A program made the translations under genes and the position numbers. A stretch of DNA of 64,000 nt, from the NCBI GenBank assembly GCA_019828565.1, contig JAHDYR010000030.1:1-64000 (forward strand), read 5' to 3'. This document shows, one piece after another, positions 22,283 through 33,118 of this stretch. This DNA comes from Carpediemonas membranifera BICM (taxonomy: Eukaryota > Protista > Fornicata). The notes beneath the pieces are model-generated. The model was not told the DNA's origin. It made no database searches and saw only the letters and a list, made by a program, of their open reading frames with translations. How positions within the stretch are numbered: position 1 is the first letter of the stretch; the number at the start of each line of letters is the position of its first letter.

Positions 22283-23403
22283 ATGTCGCTTTTTCCTGAG
22301 GAAAAGCGGCCAAACATGGCGGATACGCGTGCGCTCGACCAAATTCGTGAGCTTTCGATGGAGTTAACTGATGACGATTATCGCAAGGTGCTCGAAAATG
22401 CCCTTGCGACGATTGCTCGGACGCAACGCTATAAGGCCCGCACGATGAGCGCCCTGCAGAAGAGGGCCATCCGCAAGAGCGGCGGGAATGCCTCCCAGAT
22501 GCCCATGATGCGGTTTGTGCGCCTCTATTCTTCTTACCTAGGATCTTCACCGTGCCGGCAACTTCCGCTCGGGAGCTCTGCCGTGTGCCGGTGGGGGGTG
22601 TGATGGAGGGGTGCTTCACGAAGCAGGCAGACCAGCTCGCCGATGTGGTTCGACGGTGCTTGGCTGGCTACGTTAACTTCGTTGAGGTGCCCCTCGAGGG
22701 GATCTTCGATCACCTCTCCACCGGCACGCTGTGGAGCAAGGACGCAGGCGGCTTGCTCGATCTGTCAGCCGGCCTGCTGGTCCAGCTCCAGCGAGAGCAT
22801 CGTGCGCTCCGCTTCCTGCGGGAGGCGTCTCGCAGCCGTGCCGAAACCGACTCCGGCATAGTCCGCGACGCCGTTGACGCCGGCGTTTTCGATCTCAAGG
22901 GCAACGGCTCAAACAGGTACGTCACCCCGGAGACCCTGTTCTCGCTCTCCCGCGCTCTCGGCTGCGGCCAGAGCCTGGCCCGCCGCACCCTGTACCGGGT
23001 CGCCGTCTTGGCCCTCGCCCCAGACTACTACCGCTTGTTCCTCCACGGGGAGCGTAGCGAGAACGTCTCAGTCACCGCCACTCACTGGGCCGCCCTGGTC
23101 GCTAACCTCCGCGCCATGGACGAGCTTCCGTCCCTGCCGGAGCGGCTCGGTCTGGCCATGCAGGTCTCTGACCCTGAGCGCGAGTACGAGGTCCTTGACG
23201 TGCTGGGTCACGAGATCCTGACGGCTGGATCCGACCGCCGACTCATTCTTCACGTTCAGTACGCGGGCTACACTGCCCCTACCTGCACTGGTCTGGACGA
23301 GACCCTCGCTGCCGTCAGCGTGGCTCGCGAGTATCTGATCGACTTTGAGCTCGAGGACTGGATCAAGGGCCCTGACGACGAGTCCGATGACGACTACCAA
23401 TAA
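22283..23403 (+). CDS. Antisense accessory gene of Gypsy 1, predicted spliced (exons 22283-22512 and 22542-23403, ~363 aa), with a C-terminal chromo-like domain
   Basis: A 29-nt GT...TAG intron joins ORFs 22232-22603 and 22552-23403 in frame. Homologous to 42926-44031 (LAPDY, QVSDP, QYxGY motifs). Confidence 0.75.
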
Positions 23404-23422
23404 ATCTTGATTGAGAATCCGT

Positions 23423-26400
23423 TTACTGCCTGGAGTGCGCAGCACGGTGTAGTTCTCTCTGCTCAAGAAAGTCCTCAAACTTGTCACAGCCATCGACATT
23501 CTCGAATGGCTCCCACGAAGCTTCGTCCGGCTCATAGCCCAGCCACTCAACCAAGTATTCGCGATTCTCGACCGGACCGGAGTCGGGCCGGGACTTCACA
23601 ATCTTGCTCGGTATATACTCGGCCGCAACAGTGTTAGCCAAGCGAGTAACTTGCTCCACGGACATGTCGCCGTGATCGAACGGGAGGACCCGGGAAGCGT
23701 CGACCCTGAACTGCTTCAGAGATTCAAGGTCACGCACAGTATAGGCAACAACCTTGTTGTACTCCTGGTGCACCGACACTAGTGCCATTGGGCCACGCAG
23801 GCCGGCGGCGAATTTGTCGGGTGGTCTGTCGGGGTAAGCCACCAGGACGTACGGAGTCGAAACCGTGGCACGGGCGTCCGGCCTGTACTGCTGTAGGAGC
23901 CGCTTGCTCTTAATGCGCTCGGCAGCCATGAGCCGGTACGCCTTGGCCTCGGACAGCCAGTCCTCTTGCTGGTCAACGATATACGTCTCACCCGGCGCGA
24001 TAACGGTAATGTCCTTTGGCACTCGCATCTCGGTGCCATACAGGATCTCGGCTGGGGAGAGTCGAGTAGGGACTCGAGGGGTCGAGTTAACAAGGTATTG
24101 GGCAATCGGTAAGCTGTGGACCCAATCATTGGATCTAAACTGGTAACGACGTGCTGTCAGGATGGACTTAACCGACACATTCGCTCGCTCTACTAACCCA
24201 TTCGACTGGGGATGATGAGCCGTCGTCTTTCTCGTTGTAAACCCGAGTCGGGCACTCAGGTCGTTAAAGACTGCGTTGACGAACTGGGATCCTCCATCCG
24301 TCTGCAGTACCTTCGGTACGCCGTATCGGAGGACCCAGTTATTGACAAACGCCCTGGACGTCTCGACCGCTCGGGTAGTCTGGAGCGGGACAAGCTCAGT
24401 CCAACGTGAGCACATGTCTATTACAACGAGGATATACTTATAGGTCGTGCCGTCGACCGTGCACGAGGTAGCGGACATAGTGTCCATGGCCACTCGGTCG
24501 AAGGGGTGCTCGACCGCGGTGTGCAAACCCGCATCGGAAGAGGCCGGGGGCTTACGCCTTAACTGGCATATTGGGCACTTGGCGATATAGTCGTCCACGT
24601 CCTTCTGGCGGACACGTACGCCCCAGTCTCGAAGAAGGTTCTTGGTCGCCCAGGCGGACAAGTGAGCCCCGGCGAAGTGATGCGCCTTCTGCAGCCTGTC
24701 CGCGACTTGGGTATCGAGGGTGTTAGCGAACACGCGAGAAAGGCCATCTGCTGCCCCGTTGTCAACACCCGGAACGTGACGTATGGTGAAATCGAGGTCA
24801 GCTAGTTGGTCGTACCATCTACGGACCTTGGGGTTGATGGACTTGGCCATGAACAGCAGGTTGCGGTGATCAGTACGGATGGTAAAGTGCGTCCACGAGA
24901 GGAATTTCCGCCAACGCTGGACGGCCAGGATGATTGCGTAGGCTTCCTGCTCTGTGGTACTCCACCTAGTCTGGACCGCGGAGAATGCGTGGGACATGAA
25001 AGCGATCGGCTGCCCGTCCTGTAGTAATACGGCGCCGCATCCCACGTCTGAGGCATCGGTCATGAGGACATGTGTCGCGTCCGTCTTGAAGTGAACGAGG
25101 GAGACCCGCTTAAGGAGCTCGGCGATAACGTCGCCCAGGGCCGCTTGCTGACCCGGCCCACCGGGTTCGGCCTTGCCAGCCGACACCTGCAACAGAGGAT
25201 GAGCTCGGGACGCGAAGTTGGGCACGAAGTCACGGAAATAATTGAGGAAACCGACGAGTGCCTGTGCGGACCGCTTGCTGGTCGGTAGTTTCAGCTTCTT
25301 AATGTCGTCGATGCGGTCTTCGGCAATCCTCACGGTGTCTCCGGACACGAGTCGACCCAGGAACTCGACCTCAGCCGCGGCGAAGACGCACTTATCGCGA
25401 CCTAGGTGTAGGTCATACTCTTGGCAACGTTTCAGGACGTCCCATAGGTTCCTTATGTAGGAAGGCTCGTCCCGACCCATGACAATAATGTCATCGATGT
25501 AAATAAGGCACTTCCCTGCCGAGATCAGGTCGGAGAAAGCCTGCTCCATGGCCCACTGGAAATGAGAACCAGCGTTACGCAGACCAAAGGGCATAGTCGT
25601 GTACTCAAACCGTCCAAGGGGAGTCCCGAAGGCGGTCAGAGGACGAGAACGGTCCGTCAGTGCCACCTGATGGTAGCCGGCCTTGCAGTCGAGCGTAGCA
25701 AAGATGGTATTACCCCTGAGCTTAGCTAGACAATCCTCTATGATCGGGATAGGGTAGTTGAACGGGGGAGTCTTCGCGTTGACCAAACGGAAGTCGATAA
25801 CGAACCGGGTACGGTCCTTCCCCTTTGGGACCAAGAATGCCGGTGAGGAGTAAGCCGATGCTGATGGCTGGATGAAGCCATGTCGGGACAGGTCGTCAAG
25901 GTGTTCCTGGAGAAGTGTCTTCTTCTCCGGCGGCATGAAGAACTCGCGGCTAAAGACGGGTTCATCATCAGACAAGACTAGATCGTAAGGGATGAGCTTA
26001 CTCGGACGCCCTACTCTGTCCTCGAACAGGCCGACAAACCGCGCGAGCAGTCTGTCCTGAAGGGAAGACGACTTGTCAGACAAGGTGAATAGGCTCAACT
26101 TCTGGGGAGTAATGACCGTTGAGACGTCTTCAGCCTGCTCGGCGTCATTGGCGTCAGACTCCTCGCAGTCGTCAATCTGAGGAAGGATCCCCAGGGTGAC
26201 CATATCAGGGTACCCAATGATTAGATCGTACTCTGAGGGTAGGAGGTACGCACGAGTAGTAAAGGTGCACCCACGGGGGACCAGAGCTGATTTGGCAAAG
26301 GTTACTTCGGTGGAAATAGTCTGGTCGACTGTGATGACTCCAGCCGGTGTCGTCACCTCGACCGGGTCACAATGCAGGATCTTTTCGCCGGACCTCTCGG

Positions 26401-27463
26401 CCACTTGCGGCGATATGAAGGTTGCTGACGCGCCACAGTCGAACAACATCGACTCTGCGCTGGTCCTGTATATGGATCCTGACACAATCGGAAGAGCCTG
26501 CGCTCTGCGTTTGCTAGACGCCGCGAAACAAGACAAATAAGAATAGTTCTGGACCTTTATACGGTCACAGAACTCTCTCTTGTGGCCCTCGCGCCCGCAC
26601 TTCTCACACTTGGACTTGGGCTTCCGGCACTCGGGGCTGAAATGGCCCTTGCCCCCGCAGTTGTAACAGGTTGGGGTCGTGCTGGTAGGGCGAGCCCGAT
26701 CGCGGGACCGCTTGTCCGGGCGGTGATGGTCATGCGGGCGGTCACGACGGTCGTAGGGGCGGTCTCGGCGGTCATCTCGGCGGTCACGACGGTCGCGCTG
26801 GTTACGGCTCTGGCCGCGTTGCGGATGGGCGCCTGGCACGGGCGCTGTCGGACGGCGCGACTGATCGGAGCGGATCGCCTCGGTGAACGGAGCAAGGTAC
26901 TCAGCCGACTCGGCTACGTCGCGTGCCGTCTTCATGGTGTATTGCTGGGTCTCCGCCAGTGAGCAACCCTCAGTCTGCTCCTTCAGTCTGTAGTAGAGGG
27001 ATTGGCCCTTCACAGCAAAGGCCCGCAAGTAGGCTTCACGAATGGTGTCATCCTCGTCCATGTTAAGGCACTCCAACAAGGTGTTGAACTGCGAGTTGAG
27101 CTTCGACACCTCGAGCGGCGTGAACGCCGCGATGCGCAGCCTGATAAGGTTCAGGCATTGTTCCTTTCTGGTGGGGCGCAAGGCAGCGGCGAGTCGCTGC
27201 ATGATGATCTTCTCTCTGAGCTTGCGTGATGAAGTGGAAGGTTCGTCGTCATGTTGGTCACCCTGAGGAAGCGGAACCTCCTCTAGGGTCTCTAAGCCTA
27301 GCACTTGTGATGCATAGGACTGGATCTCCGGGCTTATAAGCTTGCGGAGCTTCGCCTTACCTCCTCTAGCCTTAAAGTCACGCAGTGACGTCGTAAAAGC
27401 TACGAAAGCGCTGAATGTTGCCTCTTTCAGGAGCGGCGCTTGTTTTTTCTGTTCTCTACCCAT
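23423..27463 (-). CDS. Gag-Pol polyprotein, 1346 aa (2x CCHC, protease, RT, RNase H, integrase, chromodomain)
   Basis: CYNCGGKGHFSPEC and CEKCGREGHKREFC knuckles, LFDCGA, YIDD, TDAS, integrase core (QTDGGSQF, SNGLVER), C-terminal EYLVEWLGY...SWEP. PR-RT-RH-IN order is Gypsy type. Confidence 0.96.
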   Translation of the reverse strand: MGREQKKQAPLLKEATFSAFVAFTTSLRDFKARGGKAKLRKLISPEIQSYASQVLGLETLEEVPLPQGDQHDDEPSTSSRKLREKIIMQRLAAALRPTRKEQCLNLIRLRIAAFTPLEVSKLNSQFNTLLECLNMDEDDTIREAYLRAFAVKGQSLYYRLKEQTEGCSLAETQQYTMKTARDVAESAEYLAPFTEAIRSDQSRRPTAPVPGAHPQRGQSRNQRDRRDRRDDRRDRPYDRRDRPHDHHRPDKRSRDRARPTSTTPTCYNCGGKGHFSPECRKPKSKCEKCGREGHKREFCDRIKVQNYSYLSCFAASSKRRAQALPIVSGSIYRTSAESMLFDCGASATFISPQVAERSGEKILHCDPVEVTTPAGVITVDQTISTEVTFAKSALVPRGCTFTTRAYLLPSEYDLIIGYPDMVTLGILPQIDDCEESDANDAEQAEDVSTVITPQKLSLFTLSDKSSSLQDRLLARFVGLFEDRVGRPSKLIPYDLVLSDDEPVFSREFFMPPEKKTLLQEHLDDLSRHGFIQPSASAYSSPAFLVPKGKDRTRFVIDFRLVNAKTPPFNYPIPIIEDCLAKLRGNTIFATLDCKAGYHQVALTDRSRPLTAFGTPLGRFEYTTMPFGLRNAGSHFQWAMEQAFSDLISAGKCLIYIDDIIVMGRDEPSYIRNLWDVLKRCQEYDLHLGRDKCVFAAAEVEFLGRLVSGDTVRIAEDRIDDIKKLKLPTSKRSAQALVGFLNYFRDFVPNFASRAHPLLQVSAGKAEPGGPGQQAALGDVIAELLKRVSLVHFKTDATHVLMTDASDVGCGAVLLQDGQPIAFMSHAFSAVQTRWSTTEQEAYAIILAVQRWRKFLSWTHFTIRTDHRNLLFMAKSINPKVRRWYDQLADLDFTIRHVPGVDNGAADGLSRVFANTLDTQVADRLQKAHHFAGAHLSAWATKNLLRDWGVRVRQKDVDDYIAKCPICQLRRKPPASSDAGLHTAVEHPFDRVAMDTMSATSCTVDGTTYKYILVVIDMCSRWTELVPLQTTRAVETSRAFVNNWVLRYGVPKVLQTDGGSQFVNAVFNDLSARLGFTTRKTTAHHPQSNGLVERANVSVKSILTARRYQFRSNDWVHSLPIAQYLVNSTPRVPTRLSPAEILYGTEMRVPKDITVIAPGETYIVDQQEDWLSEAKAYRLMAAERIKSKRLLQQYRPDARATVSTPYVLVAYPDRPPDKFAAGLRGPMALVSVHQEYNKVVAYTVRDLESLKQFRVDASRVLPFDHGDMSVEQVTRLANTVAAEYIPSKIVKSRPDSGPVENREYLVEWLGYEPDEASWEPFENVDGCDKFEDFLEQRELHRAAHSRQ

Positions 27464-27468
27464 AGGTA

Positions 27469-27480
27469 AGTACTAGTACT
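27469..27480. promoter_or_regulatory. 12-bp palindrome AGTACTAGTACT at the primer-binding-site position of Gypsy 1
   Basis: Overlaps the last base of the 5' LTR. There is no TGG tRNA-type PBS. Identical in Gypsy 2. Confidence 0.7.
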
Positions 27481-30016
27481 GTGGTTTGGAAGAGAAAGAG
27501 TTTACGAGTAAAAAGAGGTTTGGACCCTCCCAGGGATATTGGTAGATATTAATACTGACTACACCAGCCCTCCAATGTCACGTATTGACGAGGTCGTCAA
27601 AGCATATCTTTACGCAATCTTTTGACCTCAAGTCGTGGACTGCCCGGGGGTAGTTCGGGGCGCTGAACACGCTGGTGAAGTCCCCTATGCTCCATCTCCG
27701 CCCCATCACCGCCAAATCCCGGGGATCGAATTCCGCGACTCAAACCCAGAGTTGCAGACCTCAGCGTTCACAACCACCCCCGGCTAGACACGTTCTAGGC
27801 CCCATAGAGCACATTTCACTCTTCACCTCGCTGAAACCATGGTCAAGTTGATCCAGTCACGTCGCTCAGCTTCAATCACGCAAGGCGAGCGGACAACGAG
27901 TAGACCACACCCAGATGAAGGCTGAATCGCGACATGTGCGCTCTACAGCTGTCTATAGGCCCGCACGCATACATGGGTGCGAAGTCCCAGCCCTCCAATG
28001 TCACGTATTGACGAGGTCGTCAAAGCATATCTTTACTCAATCTTTTTGACCTCAAGTCGTGGACTGCCCGGGGGTAGTTCGGGGCGCTGAACACGCTGGT
28101 GAAGTCCCCTATGCTCCATCTCCGCCCCATCTCCGCCTGGCCAGATCATGATGCGTCAATTGTCACATATCTGGAAGTCAAGTCTGTTGTAACGCGTCAG
28201 GTTTGAGCCATGGTGTAGATGGTATAGCAGATGTTGGTGAATACAAGAGGTGGTAGGTTCGAATCCCTCCTGGCACATCCTTTTTTGGACCTCGGCCATA
28301 TCTCAGTCAATATTGGTCGTCATGCCTTGCAACTGCCCAGATTAGCTTGACTAGCCCTAAAGAACACATGGCAGTCAGATTTATTCAAGTTGTTTGGACA
28401 TGACGAACGCTAAGCCGTTCAGGACTGAGCCACTGGCGCCGAGCGCAAACAGCGCATCCACGACCGCCCAATAGCGGTCCGGGTTCTTGGACAGCACCTT
28501 GGCGCGCTGGAGTGCCTTGTGCATGACCTGGGACGGTACAGCAGCCGCAGCGCCCCCTGCACCCCACCAACGCATAGCCATGAGATGTCCACCCCAGGCC
28601 AAGCCAGTGCCCGCCCCTCAGCCCGCGTCTCCTATTGTGCACGACATCGAGAGCATATCGATCAGCTCGCCCTCTGCCTCGCCGTCCTCGCAAGGATACG
28701 TGCCCCCAAAGCGTTTGCGGACTACACCACCGCGCCGTATCCTCCCCAAGCGCTCGACTAGGGCCGCACCATCTCCCCCTGAGAGAGTCAGCCCCCGCAC
28801 CTGCCCGCAAGCTCGGCCGCCCTCGCTCTACCAAGTTCATCATCTACTCGGACAGCGAGGACGACGACGAACATCCCAAGAAGCCGAAGGGGTGCATCAC
28901 ACCGAAGAAGGAAGGACGGACTTGCTTCAATCGTAAGAACTATTAGTATCGAAGTGGCAGTGGCCACATGTAAATGATTAACGAACGTAGAATGGGTAGG
29001 CAGGGGCTACGGTCGGCTGCGCCTCCCTCTGCCCCCCTGCACCCCCCGGAATTGAAGACGGGGGGCTCCGTCATTCCTCCGGCTTCGTTCGGCTTCGCTC
29101 CGCTCGGGCGCTCGTCGCGTTGCTCCTCCCGCCCTCCGCTACGCTACGCCTCTCTACGCCTCCGTCACTCTCTCTGCCCCCTGCGACCCCCCGCGGACTC
29201 CGCCCATGGCCTGTAACTCCGTCAGATCACCCCACAAATTTTTTGAATCTCGGGCTGTGATTTACATATGAAAAAATAAATACCCCCATCCTCCTCAGAG
29301 CATGTAATTATGTATTGTAGTGCGCACCCGTGTTCTCTTCCATTCCATACGCGTCACTCTAGACGTATTCACTCACCATGGACACAAAAAGGCTCTATAA
29401 AAATTTGTTGAGGGCCTAAATCAAAAATCGGGGAAAATAACGTTCCTACACGTACGCAACATGATACAGCAGTATACTCTGTTTAGCTCCAGCATCAATC
29501 CTTGAGGCCAGTAAAACCGGTCTTTGAACGCGGTTCGCCAGATTCGGATGGATATCGTGACTCAATCACACTGCGAGAGACTTTCAAAAATTCCAAATCC
29601 AGCAGCCCGGAAGCCTCAGGCCTCGTGCTGTACTGCACAAGAAGTTAGCGATCGCGACTTTTGTCCTATAACTATTTATGCATAATTCAATGTAAAGACG
29701 ACGGAGTTGAATAGAGCTTAGGGCGGCGCCTCCGAGCTGACACGCACAGCTATCCAGAGAAGCAATCCGCAGCCCTGAACGCCGTCTGTAAGCATGTGCT
29801 CTGACCTCAAAGTCCAATTTTGAGGTCCCGTTTTTGAGCGGGAAAATTTAGTATAAAATATTTGCGTTGTCCCAGATTTCAATGCATGTTCGAAGGACCC
29901 CTGGGGTAGGCTACACGCTGCATGTGTCGCCTTCCCTGGCAGGGGCCCAGGGGTCCCGTACCGGGACCCCCCAAAATCCGCAATACCTTACCATAACTTA
30001 CCTTACCTTACCTTAC

Positions 30017-33000
30017 CTTCCTGCACAGGAAGATGCTTCCCCTGACCGACATGATCGTCAGGCACACCACTCGAGAGGCCTTCATCGACAACTCAGGCGT
30101 CAGCGTCGACGACAACACCAACGAGGTCGTCCGCAAGATGCTCAAGGTCAAAGACTGGATCAGGTTCGCCAACGCAGCGACCATGTACGCCAAGCGCAGC
30201 ACCACCCGCGGCCCAGCCCTGCCCCGCAAGCGCCTCATCCCCGTTGCTCCGAAGCTGAAGAAGACTAAGCGCAAGCAGACCAAGCGTAACCCCCGCAAGC
30301 CCGGCGCGAAGAGCAAGCCCAGAGTGAGACACATAGACACGGCCTTCAGCGACGCAGAGCTCGAATCAGACGTCGAACTCGAGGCGCTGACCGACTATGA
30401 GTGCGAAGACAACGTCGCTGCCATTGGGTTCGAGCATCTCAACGCCACGTACCGCTCACTACACGAGCTGAATCTCACCCGCGTCCAGCGGAGCCTCGTA
30501 CAGCGCTTCCGTCGCGACAACTTCTACCGCATCGAGAAACAGAACGAGGTGCACGAGCTCGCCGCAGCAGGCATCATCAGCGCGGAGGAGACCACTGCCA
30601 TTGACCAATGGGTGCAGGAGGCGTCAAGCAAAGACCCTGGCACAGTCATATCGATCATCAGCAACGACACCGACGCGGCGAAAGAACTCCTCGACACAGC
30701 AGAGGCCGAGGACGCCAACGAGGCAATCCAGACTATTCTCTCCCGCATCGAAGAAGCACGCCGCGCCCAAGAGCATCCTCCAGCCGCCCACAAGCCTGCC
30801 CAGCCCAAGACCACGACCAAGCGCAAGGACAAGCGGAAGCACAAACGCAAGAACAAGCCCACCATCGTCTTCGACATGGGCTCTCCCGAGTCCCCGCCTA
30901 CACCTGACTACAGCAAGGGAGACGCGACATACGCGCTCACTGTCCAACACCGCCGCAAGTCCCGCGAGAGAACAGAGCCGCCCACGCCCACCATTCCGGT
31001 AGTCGAGCCTCCAACGCAGCCAGAGGACGAGATGGCCAGCAAGTGCCCGCTGCTCAACCCCAGAAAGATCACGACCCGGGACTACAGCAACGCTCGGCTC
31101 TACGACAACGACGGCGGTGGCGACTGCGCCATCTTTGCCCTCGCCATGCGCACCAAGGCGTTCTACGACTTCTTCATGTCGCTTGGCACCGGCGACGACG
31201 TGGATGGACGCGTCAAGGTCTTCCGGCAGCGGTTCAGGCAGTACTGCTGTGACTACAGAGACCCCCACTCCCTCATATTCCTCGGCTTTGCCCCCGAGAG
31301 AGCTCACACGATCACGCTCGAGGGAACGTTCTTGAATATTCCCACCGTGTGGGCTTTCTACTGTCACGAGTGCGGCATCAAGAACGACTCGCTGATTCTG
31401 TACAAGAATCAGAACACGATTGAGTACACCATCAGGCCTGCAGACGATGACCCCGACCGCCGCGTGCCCAAGTGCCAAGACGTCATCAACCCAGACAAGG
31501 CCATTCTCGCGACCGGCATCCGCTACAACGACGGCATTCACTTTATGTGTGTCTTCCCCGAAGACGGGATCGAACGCCAGCTCGAGTACGTGGACTACTC
31601 GGCTGCAACGAGAGAAAGCGCCCTGAATCCAATCGAGATCTCTGACGATGACGAGCCGCCGCAGCGCCCCCCTGCACCCCACCAACGCATAGCCATGAGA
31701 CGTCCACCCCAGGCCAAGCCAGTGCCCGCCCCTCAGCCCGCGTCTCCTATTGTGCACGACATCGAGAGCATATCGATCAGCTCGCCCTCTGCCTCGCCGT
31801 CCTCGCAAGGATACGTGCCCCCAAAGCGTTTGCGGACTACACCACCGCGCCGTATCCTCCCCAAGCGCTCGACTAGGGCCGCACCATCTCCCCCTGAGAG
31901 AGTCAGCCCCCGCACCTGCCCGCAAGCTCGGCCGCCCTCGCTCTACCAAGTTCATCATCTACTCGGACAGCGAGGACGACGACGAACATCCCAAGAAGCC
32001 GAAGGGGTGCATCACACCGAAGAAGGAAGGACGGACTTGCTTCAATCGTAAGAACTATTAGTATCGAAGTGGCAGTGGCCACATGTAAATGATTAACGAA
32101 CGTAGAATGGGTAGAGCGGGGGCTACGGTCGGCTGCGCCTCCCTCTGCCCCCCTGCACCCCCCGGAATTGAAGACGGGGGGGCTCCGTCATTCCTCCGGC
32201 TTCGTTCGGCTTCGCTCCGCTCGGGCGCTCGTCGCTACGCTCCTCCCGCCCTCCGCTACGCTACGCCTCTCTACGCCTCCGTCACTCTCTCTGCCCCCCT
32301 GCGACCCCCCGCGGACTCCGCCCATGGCCTGTAACTCCGTCAGATCACCCCACAAATTTTTGAATCTCGGGCTGTGATTTACATATGAAAAAATAAATAC
32401 CCCCATCCTCCTCAGAGCATGTAATTATGTATTTTAGTGCGCACCCGTGTTCTCTTCCATTCCATACGCGTCACTCTAGACGTATTCACTCACCATGGAC
32501 ACAAAAAGGCTCTATAAAAATTTGTTGAGGGCCTAAATCAAAAATCGGGGAAAATAACGTTCCTACACGTACGCAACATGATACAGCAGTATACTCTGTT
32601 TAGCTCCAGCATCAATCCTTGAGGCCAGTAAAACCGGTCTTTGAACGCGGTTCGCCAGATTCGGATGGATATCGTGACTCAATCACACTGCGAGAGACTT
32701 TCAAAAATTCCAAATCCCGCAGCCCTGAAGCCTCAGGCCTCGTGCTGTACTGCACAAGAAGTTAGCGATCGCGACTTTTGTCCTATAACTATTTATGCAT
32801 AATTCAATGTAAAGACGACGGATTTGAATGGAGCTTAGGGCGGCGCCTCCGAGCTGACACGCACAGCTATCCAGAGAAGCAATCCGCAGCCCTGAACGCC
32901 GTCTGTAAGCATGTGCTCTGACCTCAAAGTCCAATTTTGAGGTCCCGTTTTTGAGCGGGAAAATTTAGTATAAAATATTTGCGTTGTCCCAGATTTCAAT

Positions 33001-33118
33001 GCATGTTCGAAGGACCCCTGGGGTAGGCTACACGCTGCATGTGTCGCCTTCCCTGGCAGGGGCCCAGGGGTCCCGTACCGGGACCCCCCAAAATCCGCAA
33101 TACCTTACCATAACTTAC
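30017..33118 (+). mobile_element. Telomeric array unit 8 (subfamily B)
   Basis: Starts CTTCCTGCACAGGAAGATG, carries the OTU-like ORF and ends in the conserved tail. Confidence 0.8.
30033..32061 (+). CDS. ~675-aa protein with an OTU-like cysteine protease domain and basic NLS-like tracts
   Basis: Long ORF with one extra C near 31891 relative to most copies, which end ...FNRKNY*. Motifs DNDGGGDCAIFAL and YNDGIHF resemble the OTU catalytic Cys and His loops. Confidence 0.72.

Larger units (their letters stand above)
21529..27563 (-). mobile_element. Full-length Ty3/Gypsy chromovirus-like LTR retrotransposon, family 1
   Basis: Identical 84-bp TG...CA LTRs (21529-21612, 27480-27563), 4-bp TSD CCAG, PPT at 21613-21622 (GGGGGGGAAG on minus strand), intact gag-pol. 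Confidence 0.96.
21399..30001 (+). mobile_element. Telomeric array unit 7 (subfamily A) interrupted by Gypsy element 1
   Basis: The monomer sequence is split at CCAG by the LTR element. The tail at 30001 is followed by (CTTAC)3. Confidence 0.8.

Noticed and set aside
27464-27472. AGGTAAGTA splice-donor / telomere-like match next to the Gypsy 1 palindrome
   Set aside because: Not conserved in Gypsy 2, so likely coincidental.
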